Assembly (NCBI GenBank): GCA_013360215.1
Contig: JABWCP010000007.1
Coordinates: 1 to 64,000 of the forward strand
Reading direction: 5' to 3'
DNA: 64,000 nucleotides
DNA from: a bacterium
GTDB taxonomy: Bacteria; CLD3; SB21
Shown here: positions 40,597 through 49,643 of the stretch, in pieces
Layout: each line of letters starts with the position of its first letter
Numbering within the stretch: position 1 is the stretch's first letter
The notes under the pieces: generated by a model
What the model was told of the DNA's origin: nothing
What the model saw: only the letters and a program-made list of their open reading frames with translations
The model's database searches: none
Program-made: the position numbers and the translations under genes

Positions 40597-41883
40597 TCAT
40601 ACCGCGGCCGCCGCTATCTGGCGCCGTGAAATGAGTCCTTCAAAAAAAGCATCTACACGATTTTTCATTTGGGCTTCGGACACGACACGTTTGTCCATCA
40701 TATCCGATTCTAAAAATAAAGTGGCTACGTCGGAATGAGCCATTAGATGTTTGCGCCCGTCGGCCAATCCGGTGGATACGGTACGGCAGCTTTTGATCGG
40801 ATGGTACACTACGCCCTCGATCGCATAATCATCAATCATCGAAAGCAGCACCTGATCCTGATGAAACATGCTGTCCATCGCATCGCGTACGCTGAAAAGC
40901 ACGCCTTCCGCCAAACTATCAATCGGATTTTGCAGATCATATTGGAAGCCGAGATTGGCGCCGCCGGCAGCAAAATACAGATAAGTTGACTGAACAAACG
41001 TACCGCCCCAATCAGAAAAGAAATCGTTAAAACGACGGAAAATCGGATAACACGGCACACCGACAAAAGCTAAGCGAAATTTTTCATCCGTTACGGTGCC
41101 GATGCCGTTGGCGGTTTTGTATTTCATTTCTTCTTCGAGTTCTTTGAAATACACGCTGCCTTCTTTACTGCCGCGGAAACCGTTAGCTACGCCGAGATAA
41201 ATCGTTCCGTCGGTGAGTGCGTTGAGCACCGAGGGTTTGGATTTATTGCAATCGAGAATATTTTTCCATGACACCGACATGTCATTGGCATACTGCATCG
41301 TTTCGCGCAGCTTATCGATATCAAATTTTTTTCCGGTGATCTGTTCGCATGTCGTGATCAATTCTTTGAGTTGCGCCGCGATATATTTGCGGTCATTTTC
41401 AAAGTGGCTGCCTTTAGCGAAAGGGTCTTCGCGACGACCGCGCGTTCCTGGTACATCAATCGTGACGACCGGTATTTTGTACATGCGTTCCCATATTTCA
41501 GCCCATTTGATATAGGTATTACAGGCGTTGGTAAGAACGGCTACCGAAGGCTGGGGAATGCGCCCCATCGGGTGCTGACCTTTGCGCAGTTGGACGGTGA
41601 CATCCGCTTTGACGTAGCCGCAGATATCGGGTGAATAACCGTAATCTTCGGCTTCGGCCAAAAACTCCGGTGCGACGCGGCGAACGGCGGTTTGTAGCGA
41701 ATTGATTTCCGGAAAAACCACCGGCATATCAAAGGATTTTAAAATTTCATTGAGGCTGCCCATGACAAAAACATAGGCCGAAGGTTTTCCCGTCTCGGCT
41801 GCGTGTCCGAGTTCGTCAAACCACTCGCGAAAGAGAGCGGCTCCGCGTTGCGTGCCTCTACCGACTAATGTATCCATAGCCAT
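40597..41883 (-). CDS. bcrB: Benzoyl-CoA reductase subunit B
   Basis: GSLNE..FD..PEIN..Q, SPDICGYVKAD, CNTYIKW, KSCR (HgdA/BcrB family). Confidence 0.85.
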   Translation of the reverse strand: MAMDTLVGRGTQRGAALFREWFDELGHAAETGKPSAYVFVMGSLNEILKSFDMPVVFPEINSLQTAVRRVAPEFLAEAEDYGYSPDICGYVKADVTVQLRKGQHPMGRIPQPSVAVLTNACNTYIKWAEIWERMYKIPVVTIDVPGTRGRREDPFAKGSHFENDRKYIAAQLKELITTCEQITGKKFDIDKLRETMQYANDMSVSWKNILDCNKSKPSVLNALTDGTIYLGVANGFRGSKEGSVYFKELEEEMKYKTANGIGTVTDEKFRLAFVGVPCYPIFRRFNDFFSDWGGTFVQSTYLYFAAGGANLGFQYDLQNPIDSLAEGVLFSVRDAMDSMFHQDQVLLSMIDDYAIEGVVYHPIKSCRTVSTGLADGRKHLMAHSDVATLFLESDMMDKRVVSEAQMKNRVDAFFEGLISRRQIAAAAV

Positions 41884-41896
41884 TCCTTCCGATGGG

Positions 41897-43054
41897 TTAC
41901 TGGAAAATAAGATTTTCTACAAAGGTCTCGAGTTGTATGCCGATGTGATCAAACGTCGTTTGATTCTCTTCAAATTCACTGACGAAATACGGTACGCCGG
42001 CCTGATCCAGCGCTTTGGTATAAGCCACTTGTTCTTCTAAACCCGGTTCGCACATTTTAGCCGCCGTGATGATGGCCGCTTCCGCGCGGGAGTGGCGAAT
42101 GCGCTCCAAGAGCATTTCTTCTTTGGGTTTACGAAGATCGTGTTGTACCGGAGAGTAGGATGATCGTTCGATATACGATTCTGCGAGGTTGGCCAAAGGA
42201 TCGCCAGTCGAGGGGACGTCCTCTAGGATGTAACGAAGTCCGATCAAAAGATCGTCGTCCACGATGTAACAAGACTGACCGATCACCTGAATGAGATCCA
42301 GCGGCGGCTGTTCGCAAAATCCGCCTTCAAATACGATGCGCATTTTATCTTTGGGTTGTAAACGGCGTTCGCGAATCTGCGGTAAAACGCGTTGCATTAA
42401 GGCGTTGTACGTGTCGCGCGGGAGGCAACCGGCAATCGCGATCAGCGCATACGCATCTTCTGCAGCGATAAGCCATGGCGTTTCGCGTTTGATGTCGTAC
42501 AGTTCGCGCATCAGACGACGGCTTTCATTGTATACCCCGATCGCATTGGCGATATCTTCATCACGGACTTTATGCCCGACAATAGTTTCGATATCCGTGA
42601 GTAAACGATGGTATTCACCGCGCAGATATTCCGCCGAATGGCGTGAATTGGGATTTTGTGGCAGATATAAAATCTGGCAAGGGTATGAAAAATTACGCCC
42701 CCATATAGCCGCAAGATTACGTGCGGCATCGCAGATCGGATGCGTTACAAACATGTCCAGCGTGATCTGTTTGGTGAGCGCCAGTTCGAGCGAAGTTTTG
42801 ATAACGGAGCAAAGGTATGAACCGAAATGCGATTCGGCTTCCATGCCTTCGACTTGCGCACCACAAACTTTAAAAGGCAACATCCCTGCGGCATACGCAA
42901 GTTCTTCCGGAAAATATACCTGAAAATGGCCGAGTACTTTTCCGCCGTTCTCCCGCCATGCTTTGACTGTAGGAAATGACGGATCTTCCGCAAGTTCGCG
43001 GCAGTTATAAAGTGTTTCTTCGAGCGTTTTTCCTTCAAGGGGGACGTGGATCAT
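41897..43054 (-). CDS. bcrC: Benzoyl-CoA reductase subunit C
   Basis: [38 protein letters not shown]; start moved to Met14 with GGAGG. Confidence 0.85.
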   Translation of the reverse strand: MIHVPLEGKTLEETLYNCRELAEDPSFPTVKAWRENGGKVLGHFQVYFPEELAYAAGMLPFKVCGAQVEGMEAESHFGSYLCSVIKTSLELALTKQITLDMFVTHPICDAARNLAAIWGRNFSYPCQILYLPQNPNSRHSAEYLRGEYHRLLTDIETIVGHKVRDEDIANAIGVYNESRRLMRELYDIKRETPWLIAAEDAYALIAIAGCLPRDTYNALMQRVLPQIRERRLQPKDKMRIVFEGGFCEQPPLDLIQVIGQSCYIVDDDLLIGLRYILEDVPSTGDPLANLAESYIERSSYSPVQHDLRKPKEEMLLERIRHSRAEAAIITAAKMCEPGLEEQVAYTKALDQAGVPYFVSEFEENQTTFDHIGIQLETFVENLIFQ

Positions 43055-43067
43055 AATTTCCTCCGGA

Positions 43068-43778
43068 TTACATGTATTGGCCGCCGTCCACACGCAGCGT
43101 TTCGCCTGTGATGTGACGTGCCCATTCGGATGATAAAAAAAGTACGGCGTAGGCGATGTCTTCAGGTTTCCCCGGATGACCTAAGCAAATTTCCTGTACG
43201 GATTGTTTGAGTGATTCGGGCGGCATTTTTTCGACCATCGGTGTGCCAATGAGCCCGGGTGCGATGGCGTTGACCGTCACCTGATGCTTCGCCAATTCAC
43301 GCGCGACACTTTTTGTAAGCGCGATCAGACCGGCTTTACTGGCAGCATAATTAGATTGGCCAAATTTTCCGCGCATGCCGTTGATGGACGTGATATTGAT
43401 AATGCGTCCCGCGTTTTGATGACGCATCGTAGGGGATATGTGATGAATCAAGTTAAATGCACCTTTGAGGTTGATGCGCATAACGTCATCCCAAGCCGAT
43501 TCGTTCATTTTCCAGATAACGGCGTCCCGTGTAATACCGGCGTTATTGATCAGAATGTCAATGCGGCTTGCCTCTTTCAAAATCTCTTCGACGCATCGGT
43601 CGCTTTCATCAAAACTTCCGACATCGGTTTTTTTCCAAGTGCCATGCGGAGGCTGCATCATATCTATGGCATAAACTTTTGCGCCGGCTTTCTCAAGCTG
43701 TTGCGCAATGACCGAGCCGATACCTCCCGCCGCTCCAGTGAGTACGGCGATTTTATTTGATAGATCAATTCCGATCAT
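43068..43778 (-). CDS. SDR oxidoreductase (FabG-like; candidate 3-hydroxypimeloyl-CoA dehydrogenase)
   Basis: [28 protein letters not shown] overlap with dch. Confidence 0.85.
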   Translation of the reverse strand: MIGIDLSNKIAVLTGAAGGIGSVIAQQLEKAGAKVYAIDMMQPPHGTWKKTDVGSFDESDRCVEEILKEASRIDILINNAGITRDAVIWKMNESAWDDVMRINLKGAFNLIHHISPTMRHQNAGRIINITSINGMRGKFGQSNYAASKAGLIALTKSVARELAKHQVTVNAIAPGLIGTPMVEKMPPESLKQSVQEICLGHPGKPEDIAYAVLFLSSEWARHITGETLRVDGGQYM

Positions 43779-44536
43779 CGGTTTTGCCATTCCGGTTTTC
43801 GTTTTTGCATGAACGCGTTGATTCCCTCATTGGCGTCATGCGTGCCCATCAGTTCCTGCAAATACATCGCTTCCAAAGCATCAATGTGTTTCAAAAATTG
43901 TTCGTGATAGATGCGTCGGCTGGCGGCCGTAGCGATACGCAAAGAAGAAGCGCTTTTGGGGATAATGTGCTGGCGAATAAATTCCGACGCGGCCGTATCG
44001 GGATCGTCGGAAATATGTTGTACCAATCCGATGCGATAGGCTTCTTCTGCACCGATGCTTCTTCCGGTAAGATTGATATCGTCAGACATCGGTTGACCGA
44101 TACGCAGCGGCAAAGCCAGTGAAGCGACCGGAGGAAATACGGCTAACTGAATTTCCGGTTGACCGAATTGCGCTTTTTCGTGAGCGAATATCCAATGACA
44201 AAACGCAGCTAATTCCATTCCCCCGCCGAGACATTGGCCGCGCACGATCGCGACCGTTGGGCGTGAAAAAGAAATCAAGGTACGGAAAAGTTTATGAAAC
44301 GAAGCGAGCATCTCCGCGACGCGATCTTTCTGATGTTCCGGCACACTGGCGCCAAACGAAAAATGATCGCCTTCGCCGCGAAATGTGATGGTTTTGATGT
44401 GTGGATCGCGGGTTGCTCCCTCGATCGCCGAGGTGATTTCACCCATCATTTCCCCGTCCAAAATGTTTCCGCGCGTATTGCAAAGCGTCAGATGGAGAAT
44501 ACCGTCTGTGATTTGTTCTTTTATTTTATTGGGCAT
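43775..44536 (-). CDS. dch: Cyclohexa-1,5-diene-1-carbonyl-CoA hydratase
   Basis: GNILD, HFSFGASV.EH, GQCLGGGMEL, GQPEI.L.VFPP, E..YL.ELM.THDA.EG. Confidence 0.85.
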   Translation of the reverse strand: MPNKIKEQITDGILHLTLCNTRGNILDGEMMGEITSAIEGATRDPHIKTITFRGEGDHFSFGASVPEHQKDRVAEMLASFHKLFRTLISFSRPTVAIVRGQCLGGGMELAAFCHWIFAHEKAQFGQPEIQLAVFPPVASLALPLRIGQPMSDDINLTGRSIGAEEAYRIGLVQHISDDPDTAASEFIRQHIIPKSASSLRIATAASRRIYHEQFLKHIDALEAMYLQELMGTHDANEGINAFMQKRKPEWQNR

Positions 44537-44553
44537 GGATTGTCGTGTGTAAA

Positions 44554-45642
44554 TTAATTTTTGTTTTTGGGATGAATTTTTTCGATCAGTTCGTCGGACC
44601 ATTTTTCTCCGGCGGCCAAAAGCTGGCGCATTTTGATGAAGTCCACCTCGCGGCTTTCTTTGGTACCTTCGTTGAATGCGCGGAAACCTGCTTTAGCTTC
44701 GGTCATCATATTGAGACCCAGCCATGAACGGTTGGTCTCACGGTTTTTATCCCAATGCGACAGTTTGTGTTTACGCAACGACTCAATCGTCTTGCTTACG
44801 CAACCCGGGAACATCATGAGCAGTGACGTGATCAGTTGGTCAACTGTCGCATCCAGTTTGGAAAAATCGGTTGCGCAGGATTTCATGATCTCTTTGGCTT
44901 TATCTTTTTCCGAACCGATGTGAAATTCACCATGCACGATACGTCCCATGCTGTCGGCGTAACGATCCGTGATCACAAGGGGATTGGGTATAAATTGCCC
45001 GTCCTTTTTCAAAACAGGAACGATGTCGGTTAAAATGCCAAGGCGCAAGGCCTTGTGAGCAGACCATAGTTGACACAAGGTTCCGGAGATCATGGCGTTT
45101 TCTATGCCGACGAAAAGCGGAAGAAAATCGGTGGAACCGCCGTCCGGTGCGGAGCCGTGTTTGGGACCGGCCTGACCGAATACGGCAAGATCGCTGGCGA
45201 TGGAAAAATCACAGGCCATGCCGATTTCCTGACCGCCTGCAACTCGCATACCGTTAACACGGCAGATCACCGGTTTATCACAGTGAAGGATGGATGTCAC
45301 CATGTCATTAAACAAACGCATATATTGTTTGTACTCTTCGGGTTGACCGGAATAATACTCGGCGTATTCTTTGGTATTGCCGCCCGTACAAAATGCGCGA
45401 TCGCCTTCACCCGTAAATACGGCAGCGATGACATTACGGGAATTGGAAGCTTTGCGAAAGGCTAGGATCACTTCTTTGACCATCGTGGTCGTGTAGGAAT
45501 TAAGCTGCGACGGATTATTGAGTGTAATCCATGCACTGAAAAGATCCGGCAAAACATGCCCCGAAGGATCTTTGCAAGGTTTCAATTCATATCGGATTTC
45601 TTTGAACTCATAATCCGGGACAAGGTCATGATTTTTGAACAT
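44554..45642 (-). CDS. oah: 6-oxocyclohex-1-ene-1-carbonyl-CoA hydrolase
   Basis: NPSQLNSYTT, AFCTGGNTKEYAEYY, GPKHGSAPDGG, NRSWLGLNMMTEA. Confidence 0.93.
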   Translation of the reverse strand: MFKNHDLVPDYEFKEIRYELKPCKDPSGHVLPDLFSAWITLNNPSQLNSYTTTMVKEVILAFRKASNSRNVIAAVFTGEGDRAFCTGGNTKEYAEYYSGQPEEYKQYMRLFNDMVTSILHCDKPVICRVNGMRVAGGQEIGMACDFSIASDLAVFGQAGPKHGSAPDGGSTDFLPLFVGIENAMISGTLCQLWSAHKALRLGILTDIVPVLKKDGQFIPNPLVITDRYADSMGRIVHGEFHIGSEKDKAKEIMKSCATDFSKLDATVDQLITSLLMMFPGCVSKTIESLRKHKLSHWDKNRETNRSWLGLNMMTEAKAGFRAFNEGTKESREVDFIKMRQLLAAGEKWSDELIEKIHPKNKN

Positions 45643-45654
45643 GGAATCTCCTGA

Positions 45655-46743
45655 TTAACTAAAGTCGGGTATAAGTATCGGCCGCCTGTCAATCTGACGA
45701 TGATGTAAGCGATCAAATACAGAATTGATTTCACTCATTGGAAATTTTTGCACGAAGGGTGCGATCTGAATGCGTCCCTCTTTGACCCATTGCAGTACTT
45801 CGGGATACAGACCCGGTTCGCAGCCCCAGTTACCGATAGCTTTGGCATCAAACGCCATCAGATTGCTGAGTCGGAGTTGGACCGCATCCAGCGTAAATCC
45901 GATTACCCCCATCACGGAGCCGAAGGTGAGTAGTCCGAACGCAAGTTCCTGACCTTTGGCTGTACCTGACGTTTCGTAGATTTTCCATCCGTAGGAGCGG
46001 TATTTTTTTTGTTGAATCCACGCCTGAATACTTTTGCGCATTTCTTTAGGTTCGACGGTTTTTGGATTAAATGTCAGTTCCGCGCCGAAATTTTTATAAG
46101 TTTCTAATTTTTTGTCGTCCACGTCGATGACGACGACATGCGCACCTATAGATTGGGCGATCTGAATACCAAATCCACCCACGCCGCCCGCACCCACAAA
46201 AATAGCCACATCATCTTTGATCAAACCCGTTTGTTTGATGGATTGAAAAGGTGTCGTGATCGCATCTGCGATGGCGCACAATTCACGCAAGGTGACTCCG
46301 GATTTCCCAAAGAGTTCATCCGCTCCGCCGACTTCGATCGGACATAAAAATTGCGCCGGTACGACGATGTGTGAAGCAAAACCGCCGTGGATGTGGTTGC
46401 CCGGCATTTTTTGATGACGGCAGATGCGTGTTTGACCGGCTTGGCACATTTCGCAAGTTCCGCACGGAAGTACGGCCGGAATAAGAACGAATTTGTTTTT
46501 CCATACTGTCGCTGATAAACCGGTATCCACGACCTGCCCGCTGATTTCATGGCCGAGCGTCAAAGGCAAGGGACTGACTGTGCGGACGCCGTCGTAATAA
46601 AAGCCCAAGTCCGTATGACATACGCCGCATGCGGCGACCCGAATCAGGGCCTCGTCCGAACCTAAAGAAGGTATGGCCGATGCGACGCGGTTCATCGGTT
46701 GCCCCGAAGTCGTCATTTGCCATGCGTCTATTTGTGTTGACAT
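45655..46743 (-). CDS. had: 6-hydroxycyclohex-1-ene-1-carbonyl-CoA dehydrogenase
   Basis: CGVCHTDLGFYYDGVRT..LGHEISG, QKMPGN, RLSNLMAFDA..GNWGC. Confidence 0.93.
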   Translation of the reverse strand: MSTQIDAWQMTTSGQPMNRVASAIPSLGSDEALIRVAACGVCHTDLGFYYDGVRTVSPLPLTLGHEISGQVVDTGLSATVWKNKFVLIPAVLPCGTCEMCQAGQTRICRHQKMPGNHIHGGFASHIVVPAQFLCPIEVGGADELFGKSGVTLRELCAIADAITTPFQSIKQTGLIKDDVAIFVGAGGVGGFGIQIAQSIGAHVVVIDVDDKKLETYKNFGAELTFNPKTVEPKEMRKSIQAWIQQKKYRSYGWKIYETSGTAKGQELAFGLLTFGSVMGVIGFTLDAVQLRLSNLMAFDAKAIGNWGCEPGLYPEVLQWVKEGRIQIAPFVQKFPMSEINSVFDRLHHRQIDRRPILIPDFS

Positions 46744-46769
46744 AGTCCAATGCCTCTCGTAAGAGATTT

Positions 46770-46787
46770 TTCGAACGTTCGTTCGAA
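46770..46787. promoter_or_regulatory. Palindromic operator upstream of had (TetR/PaaR-like)
   Basis: TTCGAACG-TT-CGTTCGAA perfect inverted repeat, 27 nt before the had ATG. Confidence 0.65.
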
Positions 46788-46901
46788 TACCGGTGTAAAA
46801 AAATAAGCCGAATCGGCTGTTCAGAAATGAAAAAGAAAACAGAACAAATGTTAAGATAAACGTAGCGGCTGGAAAGATAGGGGAGGTATGGTTATCTCAA
46901 A

Positions 46902-46915
46902 ATGACTGTAGTCAA
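46902..46915 (-). promoter_or_regulatory. FNR/Crp-family-like box
   Basis: Minus strand TTGAC-TACA-GTCAT versus consensus TTGAT-N4-ATCAA. Confidence 0.4.
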
Positions 46916-47078
46916 TGGATTGATGTTATGCCATACAGGATGTTGCTATGCATACGGTGACTTTCATGTTTCAAAAAAGCATTCAAATCTCATAAATGTA
47001 AATAGATAACAAACCTCAAGTTTTATCTAAAACATGAGTAAGGTCATATTAATGTCGGTTATTTATTTTCGGATTAAC

Positions 47079-47112
47079 AAAAAAAAGAACAGTTTTTTTG
47101 AACTGCTCTTTA
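47079..47112 (-). terminator. Intrinsic terminator of the rhodanese operon
   Basis: Minus strand AAAGAGCAGTT-loop-AACTGTTCTTT then T-run. Confidence 0.65.
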
Positions 47113-47159
47113 AAAAAGAAAATGTATTTTAAATTTTTACTTTTGACGGTCGAGTCAAA

Positions 47160-47357
47160 TTAGGATTTTTCGGGTAGAGTACGTAGGGTGTCGGCGATCG
47201 TATAACCGATCAAAGCGCCAATCAAAAGATTGACCCACAAGCTGGATTGCAGCGGGCACGCACCGGAAAGACAACCGACGTATTTCCAATAAAAGAATCC
47301 CGCGATAATTCCTGCCAACGGCCCGATCCAAAAACGATGTTTTTTTATATATTCCAT
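47160..47357 (-). CDS. DUF6132-like small membrane protein
   Basis: YWKYVGCLSGACPL (GCxxGxC) between two TMs; start moved to Met14. Confidence 0.75.
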   Translation of the reverse strand: MEYIKKHRFWIGPLAGIIAGFFYWKYVGCLSGACPLQSSLWVNLLIGALIGYTIADTLRTLPEKS

Positions 47358-47358
47358 A

Positions 47359-47745
47359 TTAACGCTCGACCGGCCCGTTCCAACCCATGATGCCATTGTC
47401 TAAATTGAAAACCTGAAACCCGCGGCTGGCCATGATTTCGCAAGCGCCGCGTGAACGACTGCCGCTACGGCAATATACGAGGTATGTTTTAGATTTATCC
47501 AAAGCATCCACTTTGCCGCTGAAACTTGCATCCATTACGTTGATAAGTTTGGCTTTGGGCAGGTGACCCGAGGCGTATTCGGCATCGGTGCGTACATCCA
47601 AGACCACATGATCAGCATTTTTCATTTTTTCACTAAATGCGTCATTACCTAGATTTTGAAACATAGCATTTTTTCCTGATTTAAATTTTTTATATAAAAA
47701 CCATAAAATGGCGCCAGTAAGTAACCAAAGCATCCACGTCGGCAT
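47359..47745 (-). CDS. Membrane-anchored rhodanese
   Basis: N-terminal TM, LDVRT..EY..GHL, VYCRSGSRS; start moved to Met18. Confidence 0.88.
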   Translation of the reverse strand: MPTWMLWLLTGAILWFLYKKFKSGKNAMFQNLGNDAFSEKMKNADHVVLDVRTDAEYASGHLPKAKLINVMDASFSGKVDALDKSKTYLVYCRSGSRSRGACEIMASRGFQVFNLDNGIMGWNGPVER

Positions 47746-47756
47746 TTTCTGCTCCT

Positions 47757-49160
47757 TTATTTTTCTTTGACAACCGGCAAACCGGCTTTTTGCCATGCGG
47801 CTATTCCGCCGATCAGGTTATAAATATTACTAAATCCATTTTTGAGCAAAAGGCTGGTAGCGGTACTGGAGCGGTCCCCGCCCTGGCATTGGATAATTAG
47901 CGTTTTGTTTTTTGGAAGATCGGCAAGCCGTCGCGACAAATGACCGCCATGGATATGTACGGCTCCTGCGATATGACCGGTCTCGTATTCCGATACGCCA
48001 CGAACATCAATGACGGCAACATTCGGGTCCGATAATTTCGCAGATAAATCCGTAGCAGAAATTTGCCGGAGACTGTGGAGCGTGCCGCCGCGTTCTTCCC
48101 AGAAACGATTTTCGGTGATATAGCCGGTGCAGTGATCAAGGCCAATGCGAATTAATTTATGGTATACATCCTGCGCATCATTTTCCGACACAAGAATCAG
48201 AAACGGTTTATCGTAAGACAATATCCATCCGGCCCATGTTGAAAAGGAATTGTTGTTTTGAATGTTGATAGCGCCGGATATATGTTTTTCAGCAAACGCG
48301 GTTTTGGGGCGCGTGTCGATCAGAGTTTGACCGTTGCGTATAGCCTGCGTTGCGTCGTCAGTTGTCAGGTGTTTTAACCCGGAGGAAGTGCCTAAAATCG
48401 GAGGGCCTTCCTTATTCAGTTTTTTCATCATCGCAAAATAATACGGCGGTTCCGGTTGTCCGCTAAGGAGTTCTTTGACAAATTCATTTTCGTCGGTATA
48501 ACGCAACGCCCAATTGACCAGTTTTTCGTAACCGACCGTAGTACCCGGAACTGCGCCCAGTGCTTTACCACAGGCCGAACCGGCGCCGTGACCGGGCCAC
48601 ACCTGAACGTGGTCGGGAAGGGATTTGAATTTTTTTAACGAATGAAACATTTGTTGCGCACCGCGTTCCATCGTACCCGTAACACCCGCGGCTTTTTCTA
48701 GTAAGTCCGGACGACCGATGTCGCCTACAAAAACAAAATCGCCTGAAAAAAACATAATCGGGTAGTCGCCGGCCGGCACGTCCGTGAGTACGAAGGCGAT
48801 ATGCTCCGGCGTATGTCCCGGCGTATGCATGACTTCAAATTTCAGATTGCCAACTTTAAAAACCGAACCGTCGCGAAGACCAGTATGCGGAAAAGCATAT
48901 TGCCAATCTGCACCGCCTTCGTCCGACAATAACAGCTCAGCGCCTGTCGCAGCCGCCAATTCGCGCGCGCCGCTCAGAAAGTCAGCATGGATGTGTGTTT
49001 CGGTGACGTGCGTGATTGTAAATTTTTCACGCGCAGCAGCTTCCAGATAAACATGGATATCCCGGCGCGGATCAATGACGATCGCTGTTCCCGTTGCCTG
49101 ACAGCCGATGAGATAACTGGCCTGTGCGAGCCCTTTTTCATAAATATTCTGGAAGTACAT
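47757..49160 (-). CDS. MBL-fold persulfide dioxygenase-rhodanese fusion (CstB/Blh-like)
   Basis: ETHIHADFLSG, TPGHTPEH, GDIGRPDL, PGHGAGSACG, two rhodanese-like domains (CQGGDRS). Confidence 0.9.
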   Translation of the reverse strand: MYFQNIYEKGLAQASYLIGCQATGTAIVIDPRRDIHVYLEAAAREKFTITHVTETHIHADFLSGARELAAATGAELLLSDEGGADWQYAFPHTGLRDGSVFKVGNLKFEVMHTPGHTPEHIAFVLTDVPAGDYPIMFFSGDFVFVGDIGRPDLLEKAAGVTGTMERGAQQMFHSLKKFKSLPDHVQVWPGHGAGSACGKALGAVPGTTVGYEKLVNWALRYTDENEFVKELLSGQPEPPYYFAMMKKLNKEGPPILGTSSGLKHLTTDDATQAIRNGQTLIDTRPKTAFAEKHISGAINIQNNNSFSTWAGWILSYDKPFLILVSENDAQDVYHKLIRIGLDHCTGYITENRFWEERGGTLHSLRQISATDLSAKLSDPNVAVIDVRGVSEYETGHIAGAVHIHGGHLSRRLADLPKNKTLIIQCQGGDRSSTATSLLLKNGFSNIYNLIGGIAAWQKAGLPVVKEK

Positions 49161-49301
49161 GCTTCACTCCAAACCGATTGACTTTTAGTTGGAATATCAT
49201 TATATAACTACATAGTAGTATAGAGATATTTTAATAGGAAGTCAAGTATTTTGGCATTTTGACTTTATTTTGAGTAACCATTTTACGAAGTTAACCAACC
49301 T

Positions 49302-49643
49302 ATGGCAAAAAAATTATTTGATAAAGAAAAAATGAGCGAAGAATCGCTGGCTTTGATAGCCAAGCGTTTCAAAGCGCTATCAGAGCCCATGCGGCTTAAA
49401 ATCATACAAACGATTTGGCACAGCGAAATGAGCGTTCAAGATATTGTGGCAAAAGTGCAGACCAGCCAAGTCAATGTTTCCAAACATCTCGCCGTTTTGC
49501 ATGAATGCGGCTTTCTCAAACGCCGGAAAGAAGGATTGTTCACATTTTACAGTGTGGCCGATACGTCCGTATTTACGTTGTGTGACATGATGTGTTCCGT
49601 CGTCAAAGACAAACTCAACGATCAAATCAGGAGTTTTTCATAA
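49302..49643 (+). CDS. ArsR/SmtB transcriptional repressor
   Basis: FKALSEPMRLKI..VSKHL..RRKEG..LCDMMC. Confidence 0.92.
   Translation: MAKKLFDKEKMSEESLALIAKRFKALSEPMRLKIIQTIWHSEMSVQDIVAKVQTSQVNVSKHLAVLHECGFLKRRKEGLFTFYSVADTSVFTLCDMMCSVVKDKLNDQIRSFS

Noticed and set aside
42291-42923. 210-aa plus-strand ORF, and other long antisense ORFs (1073-1600, 2291-2902, 11646-12356, 16438-17058, 26732-27403)
   Set aside because: They lie opposite well-supported genes, have no recognisable motifs and are expected codon-bias shadows
40597-43054. Alternative call as 2-hydroxyacyl-CoA dehydratase (HgdAB) for amino-acid fermentation
   Set aside because: Two distinct activators and adjacent had/oah/dch strongly favour benzoyl-CoA reductase
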